Positions 55,783 through 64,000 of a DNA stretch of 64,000 bases are shown piece by piece. Made by a program: the position numbers and the translations under genes. Position 1 is the first letter of the stretch. Each line of letters begins with the position of its first letter. Under the pieces are notes generated by a model that was given only the letters and a program-made list of their open reading frames with translations, was not told the origin of the DNA and searched no databases. The DNA comes from Gemmatimonadales bacterium (GTDB lineage: Bacteria > Gemmatimonadota > Gemmatimonadetes > Gemmatimonadales > GWC2-71-9). Where the stretch lies: NCBI GenBank assembly GCA_033764615.1, contig JANRIU010000061.1, positions 31,090 through 95,089 on the forward strand. Direction: 5' to 3'.

Positions 55783-58413
55783 TCATTGGCCGGCGGGCTC
55801 CCGCACCCACCCCAACGTCGTGTAAGCGAAGCGGCTCCGGCCGATCCGGATCGTGTAGGGACCTTCTTCCTGCACGATCGTCGCCTGGGGCGGTGCGTCG
55901 GAGGCCTTCTGGAGCCGCAGCTTGCGCCACTCGATCGCCAGCTCCTTCGCGGGCGGGGCATCGCTGAAGTGATGCCTCACGGGGATCGGCAGCGGAATCA
56001 CCACCCGATCGTCCCCGAGGCGCGTCCGCACCTTGAGCTCCTCGTCCGCCGCCATCCGGAATGCCTCGCACATCTCGCGACTTCCGTAGCGGTGCCGTGT
56101 GAGCGGAAGGCGCAGCCTGGCAGCCAATGAACGCTCTCCGCTCTCCTTTCCGTCCTGCTGTAGGAGGTAGCGCTCCCACCGTGGATCGGAGGCGGCAAGC
56201 GCCTCGCGTGCCTCGTGGTGATACACCCGCTCGATGAGCCGGCGGCTGGCCTCGGGTATGTCGAACTCGGGATCGCGATCGAGAAGGCTGAGCGTCAGCT
56301 CGAGCGTGACCAGGTCTTCGTACACGGATCCCAAACCTGCCGCTGCCAGCGAAGCAACTCGCCCCTGAGCGGCTTCCAGCAGCGGCACTTCGGGCGCGAT
56401 GACGATGGCGGCAGGCTCGGTACTGCAACCCGGCCGCTGGCGGGCATGCCGATGGACTCGGCCCAGCCGCTGCACCAGCACGTCGATGGGGCAGAGGTCC
56501 GTCATGAGCACGTCGAAGTCAACGTCGAGGCTCTGCTCGACGACCTGCGTGGCCACGAGGATGCCCGCGCCCGCTGTGCCGCCCAGGCCGAAGCCTGCCC
56601 TCACTGCCTCGTCCATGGCGACGCGGTCAGCGTCCGTGTACCGGGCATGGTATGGTGCCGGTGGACGCCTGGGCACGCCGAACAGCGCGGTTCCGCCACG
56701 CGCTGCAAGGTGGGCAAAGGTATCCGTGGCCTTCTGGACGGTGTTCCTCAGCACGAGGACGCGAGCGCCCTCCGCAGCAAGCTGGGCAGCTCGGTCGAGC
56801 GCGGCAGCCTCACCCATGCGTTCGGTTCGATAGTGCCGACAGCGTGACGGGCTGGACGACAAGGCCACGCGCCGACGGGCATCATTCCGCGCCACGACGG
56901 TCACGCTGGGAAACGGCTCAGTACTGGCTTCCATGAGGGATCGCCGCGAGTCGAGGCGAGCGATGCGTCCCAGCGCTCCATCGGACAGGGTCGCGGACAT
57001 CGTGATCACGATGCCGCCGGCTTGGCGAATGAATGCGACAAGCTCCTGGAGGATGAAGAGCATGTAGGTGTCGAACGAGTGTAGCTCGTCAACCACAACG
57101 AGAAGTCGTCCGAGCGAGGCAAGCCTCAGGTGGGCATGGCGGACGGGGAGTGCCGCCAGCAGCGCCTGATCGATGGTCCCGACCACCAGCTCCCCTGCGA
57201 GCGCCCGCGTAAGTGACTCTGAGGCCCATCGCGTGAGGGACTCGCCCTGCTGTGCATCAGCGTCAGTGGGAATCTCGGATAGGCCCGGCAGCCTCGAGGG
57301 AATGCCGCCTGCCGCGAGGACGACGCTTGCCGCTGCCTCGGGGCTGACGTGGCGGGCGAACGCCTCGATCCTGTCGCGCATCGCGGAGGCTGTGGCACGA
57401 GTGGGAAGCGCAAAGAAGACGCCATCCACGACGCCAGCGTCCCGGAGCCGGGCGTACAGGGCGAGCGCAGCCTCCGTCTTGCCGCTCCCTGTGTCCGACT
57501 CGATGACCCAGAGCTCTCCCGGCAGGGGGAGCGGTCCTTCGGTCACGTGGTGCTGCAAGGCCGTCGGTCTCATGGCAAGTCTCGGGAACAGCGAGCGCCA
57601 ACGGCAGTCGATCCGTCTCGGCAGGGGGCGTCGTGTTCCGGTCGTGGCCAGGCCCCATGCGGCTCGTCGCTGTGCCTCTGCCCAGTATGCGTCGGGGTCG
57701 TCGACGGTCCGACAAAGCGGGGGGAAGATCTCGGCCGTGGAGCCGAGCCAGTCCGCGAGCGATCGGACACCAGCGAGGAGCTGGGTGAGCGGCCCCGATG
57801 GCGTAGGAGTGGCATCCTCGATCTGCGATAATCTGAGGGCCTGGGTGACGAGCCGAAGCGCTTCGGCGCGCGGGTCTCGTCCACCCGAGGGGAGCCAGTC
57901 GGTCCTCCATGCCTCGGGGGGCATCACGGTGCCAGGCGCGAATGGTCGTCCGTGATGCGCGATGACCTCGTAGATCCACTGCTCGGGAGTCGGCGCCTCT
58001 GGCTCTCCCGGCGCAAGAGGGCTGACCAGGGCGCTGCGCAACTCCTGCAGGGCGATCCGCGCTTGACCAAGATCGCGGGCCAAGTGAAGTTCGACGATGA
58101 GACGTTGCACGTGGCTCGTGCGCGGAAAGTTGCGGAATCCGTCGCGCTGCTCTTGGAAGCCGGCGTGCACCTTGCCGACGTCGTGTACGAGGGCGGCATA
58201 CACTGCCAGGCGCCTGACCGCTTCCGCACGAGCCGGATGGCCGGTCAGCGAGTCCAGCCGATGACCGAGTGCGGTACCAGGCGCCAGAAGAACGCGGGTC
58301 ACCGCAGCGACATCCATAAGGTGAGCGTCGAGCGGATGCCAGCCGCCACCTCGCGCCTTCGCCCAGAAGGCGCCGTGCGGGATGTTCGAGACGGGAGGCG
58401 CGATGGGTGTCAT
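55783..58413 (-). CDS. cas3: CRISPR-associated helicase/nuclease Cas3 (type I)
   Basis: ATG 58413. HD domain HLMDVAAV...LVHDVGKVHAGFQ. DEAD-box helicase motifs DTGSGKTEAAL and VVVDELHSFD. It is divergent from the cse1 operon. Confidence 0.9.
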   Translation of the reverse strand: MTPIAPPVSNIPHGAFWAKARGGGWHPLDAHLMDVAAVTRVLLAPGTALGHRLDSLTGHPARAEAVRRLAVYAALVHDVGKVHAGFQEQRDGFRNFPRTSHVQRLIVELHLARDLGQARIALQELRSALVSPLAPGEPEAPTPEQWIYEVIAHHGRPFAPGTVMPPEAWRTDWLPSGGRDPRAEALRLVTQALRLSQIEDATPTPSGPLTQLLAGVRSLADWLGSTAEIFPPLCRTVDDPDAYWAEAQRRAAWGLATTGTRRPLPRRIDCRWRSLFPRLAMRPTALQHHVTEGPLPLPGELWVIESDTGSGKTEAALALYARLRDAGVVDGVFFALPTRATASAMRDRIEAFARHVSPEAAASVVLAAGGIPSRLPGLSEIPTDADAQQGESLTRWASESLTRALAGELVVGTIDQALLAALPVRHAHLRLASLGRLLVVVDELHSFDTYMLFILQELVAFIRQAGGIVITMSATLSDGALGRIARLDSRRSLMEASTEPFPSVTVVARNDARRRVALSSSPSRCRHYRTERMGEAAALDRAAQLAAEGARVLVLRNTVQKATDTFAHLAARGGTALFGVPRRPPAPYHARYTDADRVAMDEAVRAGFGLGGTAGAGILVATQVVEQSLDVDFDVLMTDLCPIDVLVQRLGRVHRHARQRPGCSTEPAAIVIAPEVPLLEAAQGRVASLAAAGLGSVYEDLVTLELTLSLLDRDPEFDIPEASRRLIERVYHHEAREALAASDPRWERYLLQQDGKESGERSLAARLRLPLTRHRYGSREMCEAFRMAADEELKVRTRLGDDRVVIPLPIPVRHHFSDAPPAKELAIEWRKLRLQKASDAPPQATIVQEEGPYTIRIGRSRFAYTTLGWVREPAGQ

Positions 58414-58438
58414 GTTCGGTCCTGGGTTGTCACAGGAG

Positions 58439-58450
58439 CAAGGTACCTTG
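58439..58450. promoter_or_regulatory. Perfect 12-bp palindrome in the cas3/cse1 divergent promoter region
   Basis: CAAGGTACCTTG, centred in the 84-nt gap between cas3 ATG (58413) and cse1 ATG (58498). Confidence 0.3.
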
Positions 58451-58497
58451 TCTTGGTGGTCGCGGGGCAGTCTCTTGCCTGCAAACTTGGGGGTGAC

Positions 58498-60051
58498 ATG
58501 AATCTGCTCACAGATGCCCTCTTCCCCGTTCAGCGAGGAGAGGGGGAAGCGCACCTTCCCCTGCCCGAGCTGCTCGTGGCCCTCTGGCGAGGCGATCTGC
58601 AGGCGCTGCTCGGTGTCTCGTCGATCCAGCGGCAGTACCTCTGGCGCTTTCTCGTGCGCGTCGCCGCGCACGCTTCGGAAGCCGAGCGAGGGTGCTTGGA
58701 GCACGCAGACCGGCTGCGCGAGATTCTGGTCGAGGCGGCGGGGGCGCCGGGTGCATGGGACCTTTACCGTCCCGACGGCGGCGCGGCTTTTCTCCAGCCT
58801 CCGGCTCAGATGGAGGAAGGGGCCCCCGTGGACTTCAAGCCCGAGGCAACATCCCGCTTGACCGTGGTGCCCGGGGACAAGAACCATGAGTTCAAGCGAG
58901 GCGCCCTTGTGAGCCTCTCGGCGACGGATGTGTTGCTATCGCTGCTCGAGTACCAGTTTGGCTCCGTGTATACCAAGATGAACTACGCATCGCAGATCAT
59001 GGGTTCGAGCAGTGGGAAGGGCAGTGGTTCACCATTCATGGCACCGTGGTGGCCTGATCTGGGCCGTACGTTCCGCGCTCATCTTGCCGCGTCGCTTGCG
59101 AGGGCCGATTACACCAGGGACGTCCTCGGGCTGACTGGCTCGGTGTGGGCGCTCTGGACGCTGCCGTGGGACTCGGGCGATCCCCCACTGCCCGCAGAGT
59201 TACTGTCACCACATTTCGTGCCCTTGGCACGCAAGGTTCGCCTCGCTTCACCGGATGCCTCTGGTGCGTTCTCGCGCATCTGGTTCAAACCGACGACCGC
59301 CGCCCGGGTGGCGGATCACACCGAAGGCTCCGGCCTCGGCGATCCGTTCACGCCCTTCGTTGCGGATGGGACCAGGCAGAAGGTGCGAGGGGTGATGAGC
59401 AATGGCTTCGACTACCGTGAGGTCGCGCGCCTGCTGCTACGAGTCCAAGTTACAGGGCGGGCCGGTGCGCCTTCATTCGCCGTCGAGCATGCGGCGCAGT
59501 CGTCGTACGAGCCGACCGTGCCGGTTCTCCTCGAGGGCATGGCGTTCGATCAGGGAAAGACCCTCGGTTTCCATCGGCGCGTCGTTCAGCTCCCCTCCGA
59601 GGTCGCCGCCGACCCCGCGCCAATCGCGGTCTTCGTGGCGAGTCTGCTCGATGCGGCGAAGGAAGCGGAGAGTGCACTCGAGGCCGCGATACGCACCTGG
59701 CTATCTGGTACGCCCAAGCCCCGCAGCGGAGATCTGGCGCGCATCCAGCGACTGCGCGGTGATCTCACGTCGCGCGTGGATCGCGCCTTCATCGAGTTGC
59801 TCCCCCGCATGCATGGTCGTCAGGGCGATGAGTGGATTGAGCGTATGCTCGAGGATTGGCGCCGGCGCCTCGTGAAGGAGTGTCGAGGGGCATTGGAGCG
59901 GGTGATGCGCGCGACGCCAACCCGAGTCTCAATAAGCCATGAGCGGCGCGTGGGTGCAAACTCAGTGCTTTCCGCACGACTTCGACGCGCCGGTCTGCTG
60001 GGTGATCAGCCCGAGGTGGTGCCAGTGTTCGAGGAGATTGCGCATGTCTGA
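58498..60051 (+). CDS. cas8e: Cascade large subunit Cse1/Cas8e (CasA)
   Basis: The N-terminus MNLLTDALFPV resembles the E. coli CasA start (MNLLIDNWIPV, from memory). 517 aa, and the first gene of a I-E-ordered operon. Confidence 0.8.
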   Translation: MNLLTDALFPVQRGEGEAHLPLPELLVALWRGDLQALLGVSSIQRQYLWRFLVRVAAHASEAERGCLEHADRLREILVEAAGAPGAWDLYRPDGGAAFLQPPAQMEEGAPVDFKPEATSRLTVVPGDKNHEFKRGALVSLSATDVLLSLLEYQFGSVYTKMNYASQIMGSSSGKGSGSPFMAPWWPDLGRTFRAHLAASLARADYTRDVLGLTGSVWALWTLPWDSGDPPLPAELLSPHFVPLARKVRLASPDASGAFSRIWFKPTTAARVADHTEGSGLGDPFTPFVADGTRQKVRGVMSNGFDYREVARLLLRVQVTGRAGAPSFAVEHAAQSSYEPTVPVLLEGMAFDQGKTLGFHRRVVQLPSEVAADPAPIAVFVASLLDAAKEAESALEAAIRTWLSGTPKPRSGDLARIQRLRGDLTSRVDRAFIELLPRMHGRQGDEWIERMLEDWRRRLVKECRGALERVMRATPTRVSISHERRVGANSVLSARLRRAGLLGDQPEVVPVFEEIAHV

Positions 60052-60547
60052 CAAGGGTGTCGTCGCGGTCGGCGTGCTTCCGGCGCTTGAGCGCGCCGTG
60101 CGACTCGTGGAGCGCTGGCGCGCGAACGCGGATCGAGGGCGGCTTGCGGAACTGCGCCGGCTTGGCAAGGGGGTCATGCCCGGCGAATCCTTCTTCGTCA
60201 TCGCCGACGCCATGCAGGCAACGCGGCATGAGGAGGAGTTCCTGCTGAGGTTCCTTCCGCTCGCGGCCATGGCGAGACATCGTCCCGGACTGAGGCCCGG
60301 CGTCGCCTTCAAGGCGGCGGAGATCTCGTCGACACGCTTCGAGCGCTGGCTCCGCTCCCCCGCACATGTAGCCGTTGAGCAGTCGCGCGCCCTGATTCGT
60401 CGCTGCGAGGCGCTCGATGTGGTCCGACTCGGGCGGCTGCTGTATCGCTGGAGTGATTCGGACCGACTCACGCTCGCACGAGAGTTCTATCGTCAGGCGC
60501 CGACGAAGACGGGGGCGCCTGTTCCCACCATCATGACGTCGGAGTGA
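60044..60547 (+). CDS. cse2: Cascade small subunit Cse2/Cas11 (CasB)
   Basis: 167 aa, helical, Arg-rich. The call rests on its position between cse1 and cas7e, with an ATG..TGA overlap with cse1. Confidence 0.7.
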   Translation: MSDKGVVAVGVLPALERAVRLVERWRANADRGRLAELRRLGKGVMPGESFFVIADAMQATRHEEEFLLRFLPLAAMARHRPGLRPGVAFKAAEISSTRFERWLRSPAHVAVEQSRALIRRCEALDVVRLGRLLYRWSDSDRLTLAREFYRQAPTKTGAPVPTIMTSE

Positions 60548-61740
60548 CCATGGGTGACTTTCTGCAGATCCACAGTCTCGTTTCCTACCCCGGCGTCCTC
60601 TTGAATCGTGACGACGTCGGGCTGGCCAAGCGGCTGCCATTCGGTGATGCCGTACGTATCCGTGTGTCGTCCCAGTGCCTGAAGAAGCACTGGCGTGAGG
60701 CCGTGGCGGCGCGTCATCCCGAGCTGCCGGCTGCGGTCCGCAGCCGCGAAATCCTCACGAGGGAGATACGGGACTGGCTGGAGCAGCAGGAAGGCGTCTC
60801 GCCCGCGGCAGCCGATAGCGCGGTGCGGCGGCTCGCTGATGTCGTCCTGAAGTCGAAGGAGAAGCAGGAGGACAAGCCGGCCGCGGATGATGAGGGTCAG
60901 GACGGCGATGGCGAGGCCGCCGACGAGCTGAAGACGGGGCAGGTCATCGTGCTCAGCCGCGCCGAGATCGATCGCCTGCGGACTGTGGCGCTCCGGCTTG
61001 CGAAGTCCGAAGGGTCGGGCGAGGAGCGCCCGGACGCGCCGAAGAAGGCCAAGGGTGCCAAGGGCAAGGCAAAGACGGGTGCCGAAGTCCTGAGCAAAGA
61101 GGATCAGGAAGAACTCCGATCCATCGGCGGCTCCTTCGACATGGCACTGTTCGGGCGCTTCGTCACCAGCGAGCTCCTCGCCCGGGTGGACGCGGCTGCC
61201 AGCGTTGCTCACGCCTTCACGGTGCACGGCGAGCAGGCGGAGACCGACTACTTCACCGCGGTGGACATGCTCGATGCCAGAGGCGCGGCGATGGTGGGCG
61301 ATGCCGAGCTGACGTCCGGTGTCTTCTACGTCTACGTCGTCATCGACCTCGACCAGTTGCGCGACAACCTTCCCGGGCGGCAGGAACTGGCGGAGCCGCT
61401 GGCGGCGTGGCTGGTCGAGGCCATCGCGACGGTCAGCCCGGGCGCCAAGAGGGGCTCCACCGCTCCGTACGCCTGGTCCGAGTTCGTCCTGCTCGAGCGG
61501 GGCTCTGCCCAGCCTCGGACTTTGGCGAACGCCTTTCGGAGCGCGCTCCCCCTCAACTCGGGCCAGGATGTGCTTGCGGATGCGGTGCAGGCATTGCTAG
61601 GGGAGCGGAAGCGCCTCGAGGCGATGTACGGAGAGCTGGTGTCGAGCGAGCGCGTGGTCGTCGCATCGACCCACCCGGCGAGCGAAGAGCTGCCCCGCCA
61701 GCCGCTGCACGCGGCGATCAAGGCCGTGCTTGCCGTATGA
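60544..61740 (+). CDS. cas7: Cascade backbone subunit Cas7e (CasC/Cse4)
   Basis: FLQIHSLVSYPGVLLNRDDVGLAKRLPFGDAVRIRVSSQCLKKHWR matches the E. coli CasC pattern FINIHVL...LNRDD...RVRISSQSLKR. The start is GTG 60544 (GTGA overlap) or ATG 60550. Confidence 0.9.
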   Translation: MTMGDFLQIHSLVSYPGVLLNRDDVGLAKRLPFGDAVRIRVSSQCLKKHWREAVAARHPELPAAVRSREILTREIRDWLEQQEGVSPAAADSAVRRLADVVLKSKEKQEDKPAADDEGQDGDGEAADELKTGQVIVLSRAEIDRLRTVALRLAKSEGSGEERPDAPKKAKGAKGKAKTGAEVLSKEDQEELRSIGGSFDMALFGRFVTSELLARVDAAASVAHAFTVHGEQAETDYFTAVDMLDARGAAMVGDAELTSGVFYVYVVIDLDQLRDNLPGRQELAEPLAAWLVEAIATVSPGAKRGSTAPYAWSEFVLLERGSAQPRTLANAFRSALPLNSGQDVLADAVQALLGERKRLEAMYGELVSSERVVVASTHPASEELPRQPLHAAIKAVLAV

Positions 61741-62423
61741 GCGAAGCCGCATTCCTGCTGCTCCACCTCGACGGCCCCATGCTGGGCTGGGGCGGGACCG
61801 CTCGCGACGGGCGCCGGCCTTCCGCCGAGGTGCCGGGCGTCTCGGCGATCACCGGCCTTCTGGCCAACGCAGTGGGTTGGCGCTACGAAGATGCCGAGCG
61901 GACGGAGGCCCTCAAGCGCTCGCTACGGCTCGCGTGCTGTCGCCTCGAGCTGCCGGGAGCTGAGCTGTTCGACGATTACCAGACCGCACGGTTGCGCATC
62001 ACCGACCGGGGCTGGACGAGGCGTGGCTCCGAAGGCCGCACCGGGGATAACTCGGACGGCACCACCATTCTCCGCAAGCAGTATCGCGCAAATGTGAGCT
62101 GCCGTGCGGCTGTTGGACTGCGCGCCAACGCACCGGTAACGGTGCAAGAACTCGAGGATGCCCTACGCAGGCCTGCGCGGACGCTGTTTCTCGGACGCCG
62201 TTCCTGCCTTCCGAGCATGCCGATCCTCGGTGCGCGAGTGTCGGCGGTCTCGGCCTACGTTGCCCTGCGGGCGTGGGTCGCGGACGCGATCGCGATCTGG
62301 CACAACGACGGCGAGCAGGGCGATGTCGTCGAGACTGACGATCGGGATTTCCGAACGGATCGTTGGGCGGCGGGAAGTCGAGCCTGGCGTTTGGTGCTTG
62401 GCGGAGGTGGCTCGCGTGAATGA
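61737..62423 (+). CDS. cas5: Cas5e (CasD)
   Basis: LLLHLDGPMLGWGG matches the CasD pattern L.GPMQ.WG. ATGA overlap with cas7. Confidence 0.85.
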   Translation: MSEAAFLLLHLDGPMLGWGGTARDGRRPSAEVPGVSAITGLLANAVGWRYEDAERTEALKRSLRLACCRLELPGAELFDDYQTARLRITDRGWTRRGSEGRTGDNSDGTTILRKQYRANVSCRAAVGLRANAPVTVQELEDALRRPARTLFLGRRSCLPSMPILGARVSAVSAYVALRAWVADAIAIWHNDGEQGDVVETDDRDFRTDRWAAGSRAWRLVLGGGGSRE

Positions 62424-63090
62424 TGCGCTGCTTTCCCGGGTGCGCGTTCAGGTTCCGTCGAGGCCCGGTGAACGCACCTCTGCGGAGTACCTCCGCCATC
62501 AGGCCGTCGCTTCCCTGTTCCTCGGTCAGGATGAGGCGCGGCCGCTCTATCGGGTATTGGAGGAGAGCGGGGGCGCATCGACCCTTCTCGTCCTGAGTTC
62601 GGTGCCCCCACGGCGGACGTCGGAGATCGCGCCGGGGCGTTGGGTTGGTGAAGTTGTGACGAAGCGGTTCGCGCCACCGCTCAAGCCCGGACAAGGCGTG
62701 GACTTCGATCTGGTCGTGAACGCTGCCTCGGTGGTGACGGACGGGGCAGGCCGCAAGCGACGCGTGGACGTATGGGACGTCGTCTTCGCGAGCAAGGATC
62801 ACGAGGACGTCGATCGGGCAGACGTGTACGCTGCTTGGCTGTCGCGCCAGCTCAATGGCGCGGCGGAGCTGGTGTCGGGGCAGGTGGCCGAGCGCGGCTT
62901 GATGCGCGTGCGCCGGCCGGGTCGGGAGGCGCCGATGGTTTTCGTCCGGACCCGCATCATCGGCGCCCTGACAGTCAGGCAGCCAGCAGAGCTTACCGCG
63001 TTGCTTGTGCGGGGCATCGGGCGAGCACGGGCATTCGGCTGCGGGCTCATGTGCCTGCTGCCGGCGGGGCGTCTTCATCGCAGACCGTGA
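62416..63090 (+). CDS. cas6e: Cas6e (CasE) crRNA endoribonuclease
   Basis: EYLRHQAVASLF matches the E. coli pattern LYQLHQGLWHLF with the catalytic His. The C-terminal GIGRARAFGCGLMCLLP matches GIGPAKSMGCGLLSL. GTG 62416 or GTG 62407. Confidence 0.85.
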   Translation: MNDALLSRVRVQVPSRPGERTSAEYLRHQAVASLFLGQDEARPLYRVLEESGGASTLLVLSSVPPRRTSEIAPGRWVGEVVTKRFAPPLKPGQGVDFDLVVNAASVVTDGAGRKRRVDVWDVVFASKDHEDVDRADVYAAWLSRQLNGAAELVSGQVAERGLMRVRRPGREAPMVFVRTRIIGALTVRQPAELTALLVRGIGRARAFGCGLMCLLPAGRLHRRP

Positions 63091-63926
63091 TGCTGCAGGT
63101 CCGGCATCGGCTCTCGTTCTTCTACGTCGAGCGCGGTACCCTCGCCGTCATCGACGCATGTCTCGTGCTCGCCGACGGCGTCAACGGCGCACGCTTCGAA
63201 GTGCCTGCGCGCGCGACCACCGTGATCATGATCGGCCCGGGAACCTCGGTAACGACCGAGGCGGTCCGTCTCGCGGCGGCGTACGGGGTTCAGCTCATCT
63301 GGACGGGAGAGCACGGAGTCCGCTGCTACTCGGCGGGGCGAGCGTGGACCGAGCTGTCCCGCTGGCTTGAGCGGCAGGTGACACTCTGGAGCGACCCTGT
63401 CTCGCGCCTCGGCGTCGCTCGCAAGATGTTCGGGATGCGGTTCCACGACTCCGTGGAGCGCCGTTCGCTGGAACAACTCCGCGGGATCGAGGGCGCGCGT
63501 GTGCGGGAGTTCTACAAGCAGGCCGCCACTGCCTTCGGCATTCGGTGGACCGGGCGGAGGTATCCTGGTGGCGGCCCGTCCAGCGACTTTGACGCGCCCA
63601 ATCGCGCGCTCAATGTCGCGAACACCTGCCTCTACGGCATTGCCGAGGTGGCCGTTCAGGCCCTGGGCGCCAGTCCGGGACTCGGCTTCATCCACTCGGG
63701 GAGCGCCGTAGCCTTCGTGCTCGATGTGGCTGACCTCTACAAGACCGAACTCGCGATTCCAGCGTGCTTCGGCCTGGTCTCCCGCAAGGCGCCGGATGGA
63801 GAGCCCTGGGCCACTCTCGAGAGCGATGTACGGCGCCTGATGCGGGACGAGTTCCGCGAGGGCAAGCTCGTGGAGCGCATCGTCGCTGACGTGGAGAAGC
63901 TTCTGGATGCTGGTGATAGTGGTTGA
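63090..63926 (+). CDS. cas1: Cas1 integrase (I-E type)
   Basis: MLQVRHRLSFFYVERGTL..., GIEGARVREFY, GLGFIHSGSAVAFVLDVADLYK (metal-binding His/Asp region). Confidence 0.9.
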   Translation: MLQVRHRLSFFYVERGTLAVIDACLVLADGVNGARFEVPARATTVIMIGPGTSVTTEAVRLAAAYGVQLIWTGEHGVRCYSAGRAWTELSRWLERQVTLWSDPVSRLGVARKMFGMRFHDSVERRSLEQLRGIEGARVREFYKQAATAFGIRWTGRRYPGGGPSSDFDAPNRALNVANTCLYGIAEVAVQALGASPGLGFIHSGSAVAFVLDVADLYKTELAIPACFGLVSRKAPDGEPWATLESDVRRLMRDEFREGKLVERIVADVEKLLDAGDSG

Positions 63927-64000
63927 ACGGGCGAGCCAACGCATCCGGGGATACCTCTCCTCGTGGTGCCTGCAGGTGGCCACCGGCGTCTACGTCGCCA
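63907..64000 (+). CDS. cas2: Cas2 (I-E type), 5' partial, cut by the window end
   Basis: MLVIVVERASQRIRGYLSSWCLQVATGVYVA compares with E. coli [33 protein letters not shown]. It overlaps the cas1 end. Confidence 0.85.
   Translation, partial: MLVIVVERASQRIRGYLSSWCLQVATGVYVA

Noticed and set aside
59001-59010. gggttcgagc resembles a tRNA T-arm (GGTTCGA) motif.
   Set aside because: It lies inside the well-supported cse1 reading frame, with no acceptor or anticodon stems around it. I found no tRNA anywhere in the window.

Overview
This is a high-GC window. Hand counts of single 60-nt lines give about 44/60 G+C in the first 48 kb. It comes from a Gram-negative-type bacterium, judged from PEP-CTERM proteins and TolC and FadL-type outer-membrane proteins. 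It may belong to a Gemmatimonadota-like lineage, but I cannot verify that here.

Positions 1-48.1 kb are densely packed, core-like DNA with many 1-14 nt gene overlaps. Contents:
- a prephenate dehydratase-ACT-DAHP synthase fusion
- MATE, DUF3299-ABC, ECF-type and sigma-linked MacAB-TolC transport modules
- several secreted peptidases (M28 x2, M42, S41)
- fabH and yggX
- a PolX-Nth/HDAC-like/GAF operon
- a Na+/H+ antiporter and a Kir-like channel
- TetR and AraC regulators

From about 48.15 kb the GC content drops visibly (one sampled line is 34/60) and the content switches to a defence island. It contains mazEF, an HNH endonuclease, a giant (about 1,770-1,810 aa) SF1 helicase with a C-terminal Vsr/DUF559-like nuclease directly downstream of cas3, and a complete type I-E cas operon (divergent cas3; cse1-cse2-cas7-cas5-cas6e-cas1-cas2). 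cas2 is cut by the window end, and there is no CRISPR array inside the window.

Structure not explained by genes:
- Family A: inverted arrays of an 8-nt GGCGGACN unit, which are canonical G-quadruplex motifs. There are 14 loci, some lying in-frame inside CDSs.
- Family B: a roughly 124-bp inverted-repeat, MITE/REP-like element, found in tandem clusters and as a derived 44-bp satellite.
- A candidate aromatic-amino-acid leader-peptide attenuator upstream of the PDT-DAHPS fusion.
- Three CTGA stop/start junctions where the downstream gene lacks a good canonical start codon.

I recognised no rRNA, tRNA, transposase or integrase.
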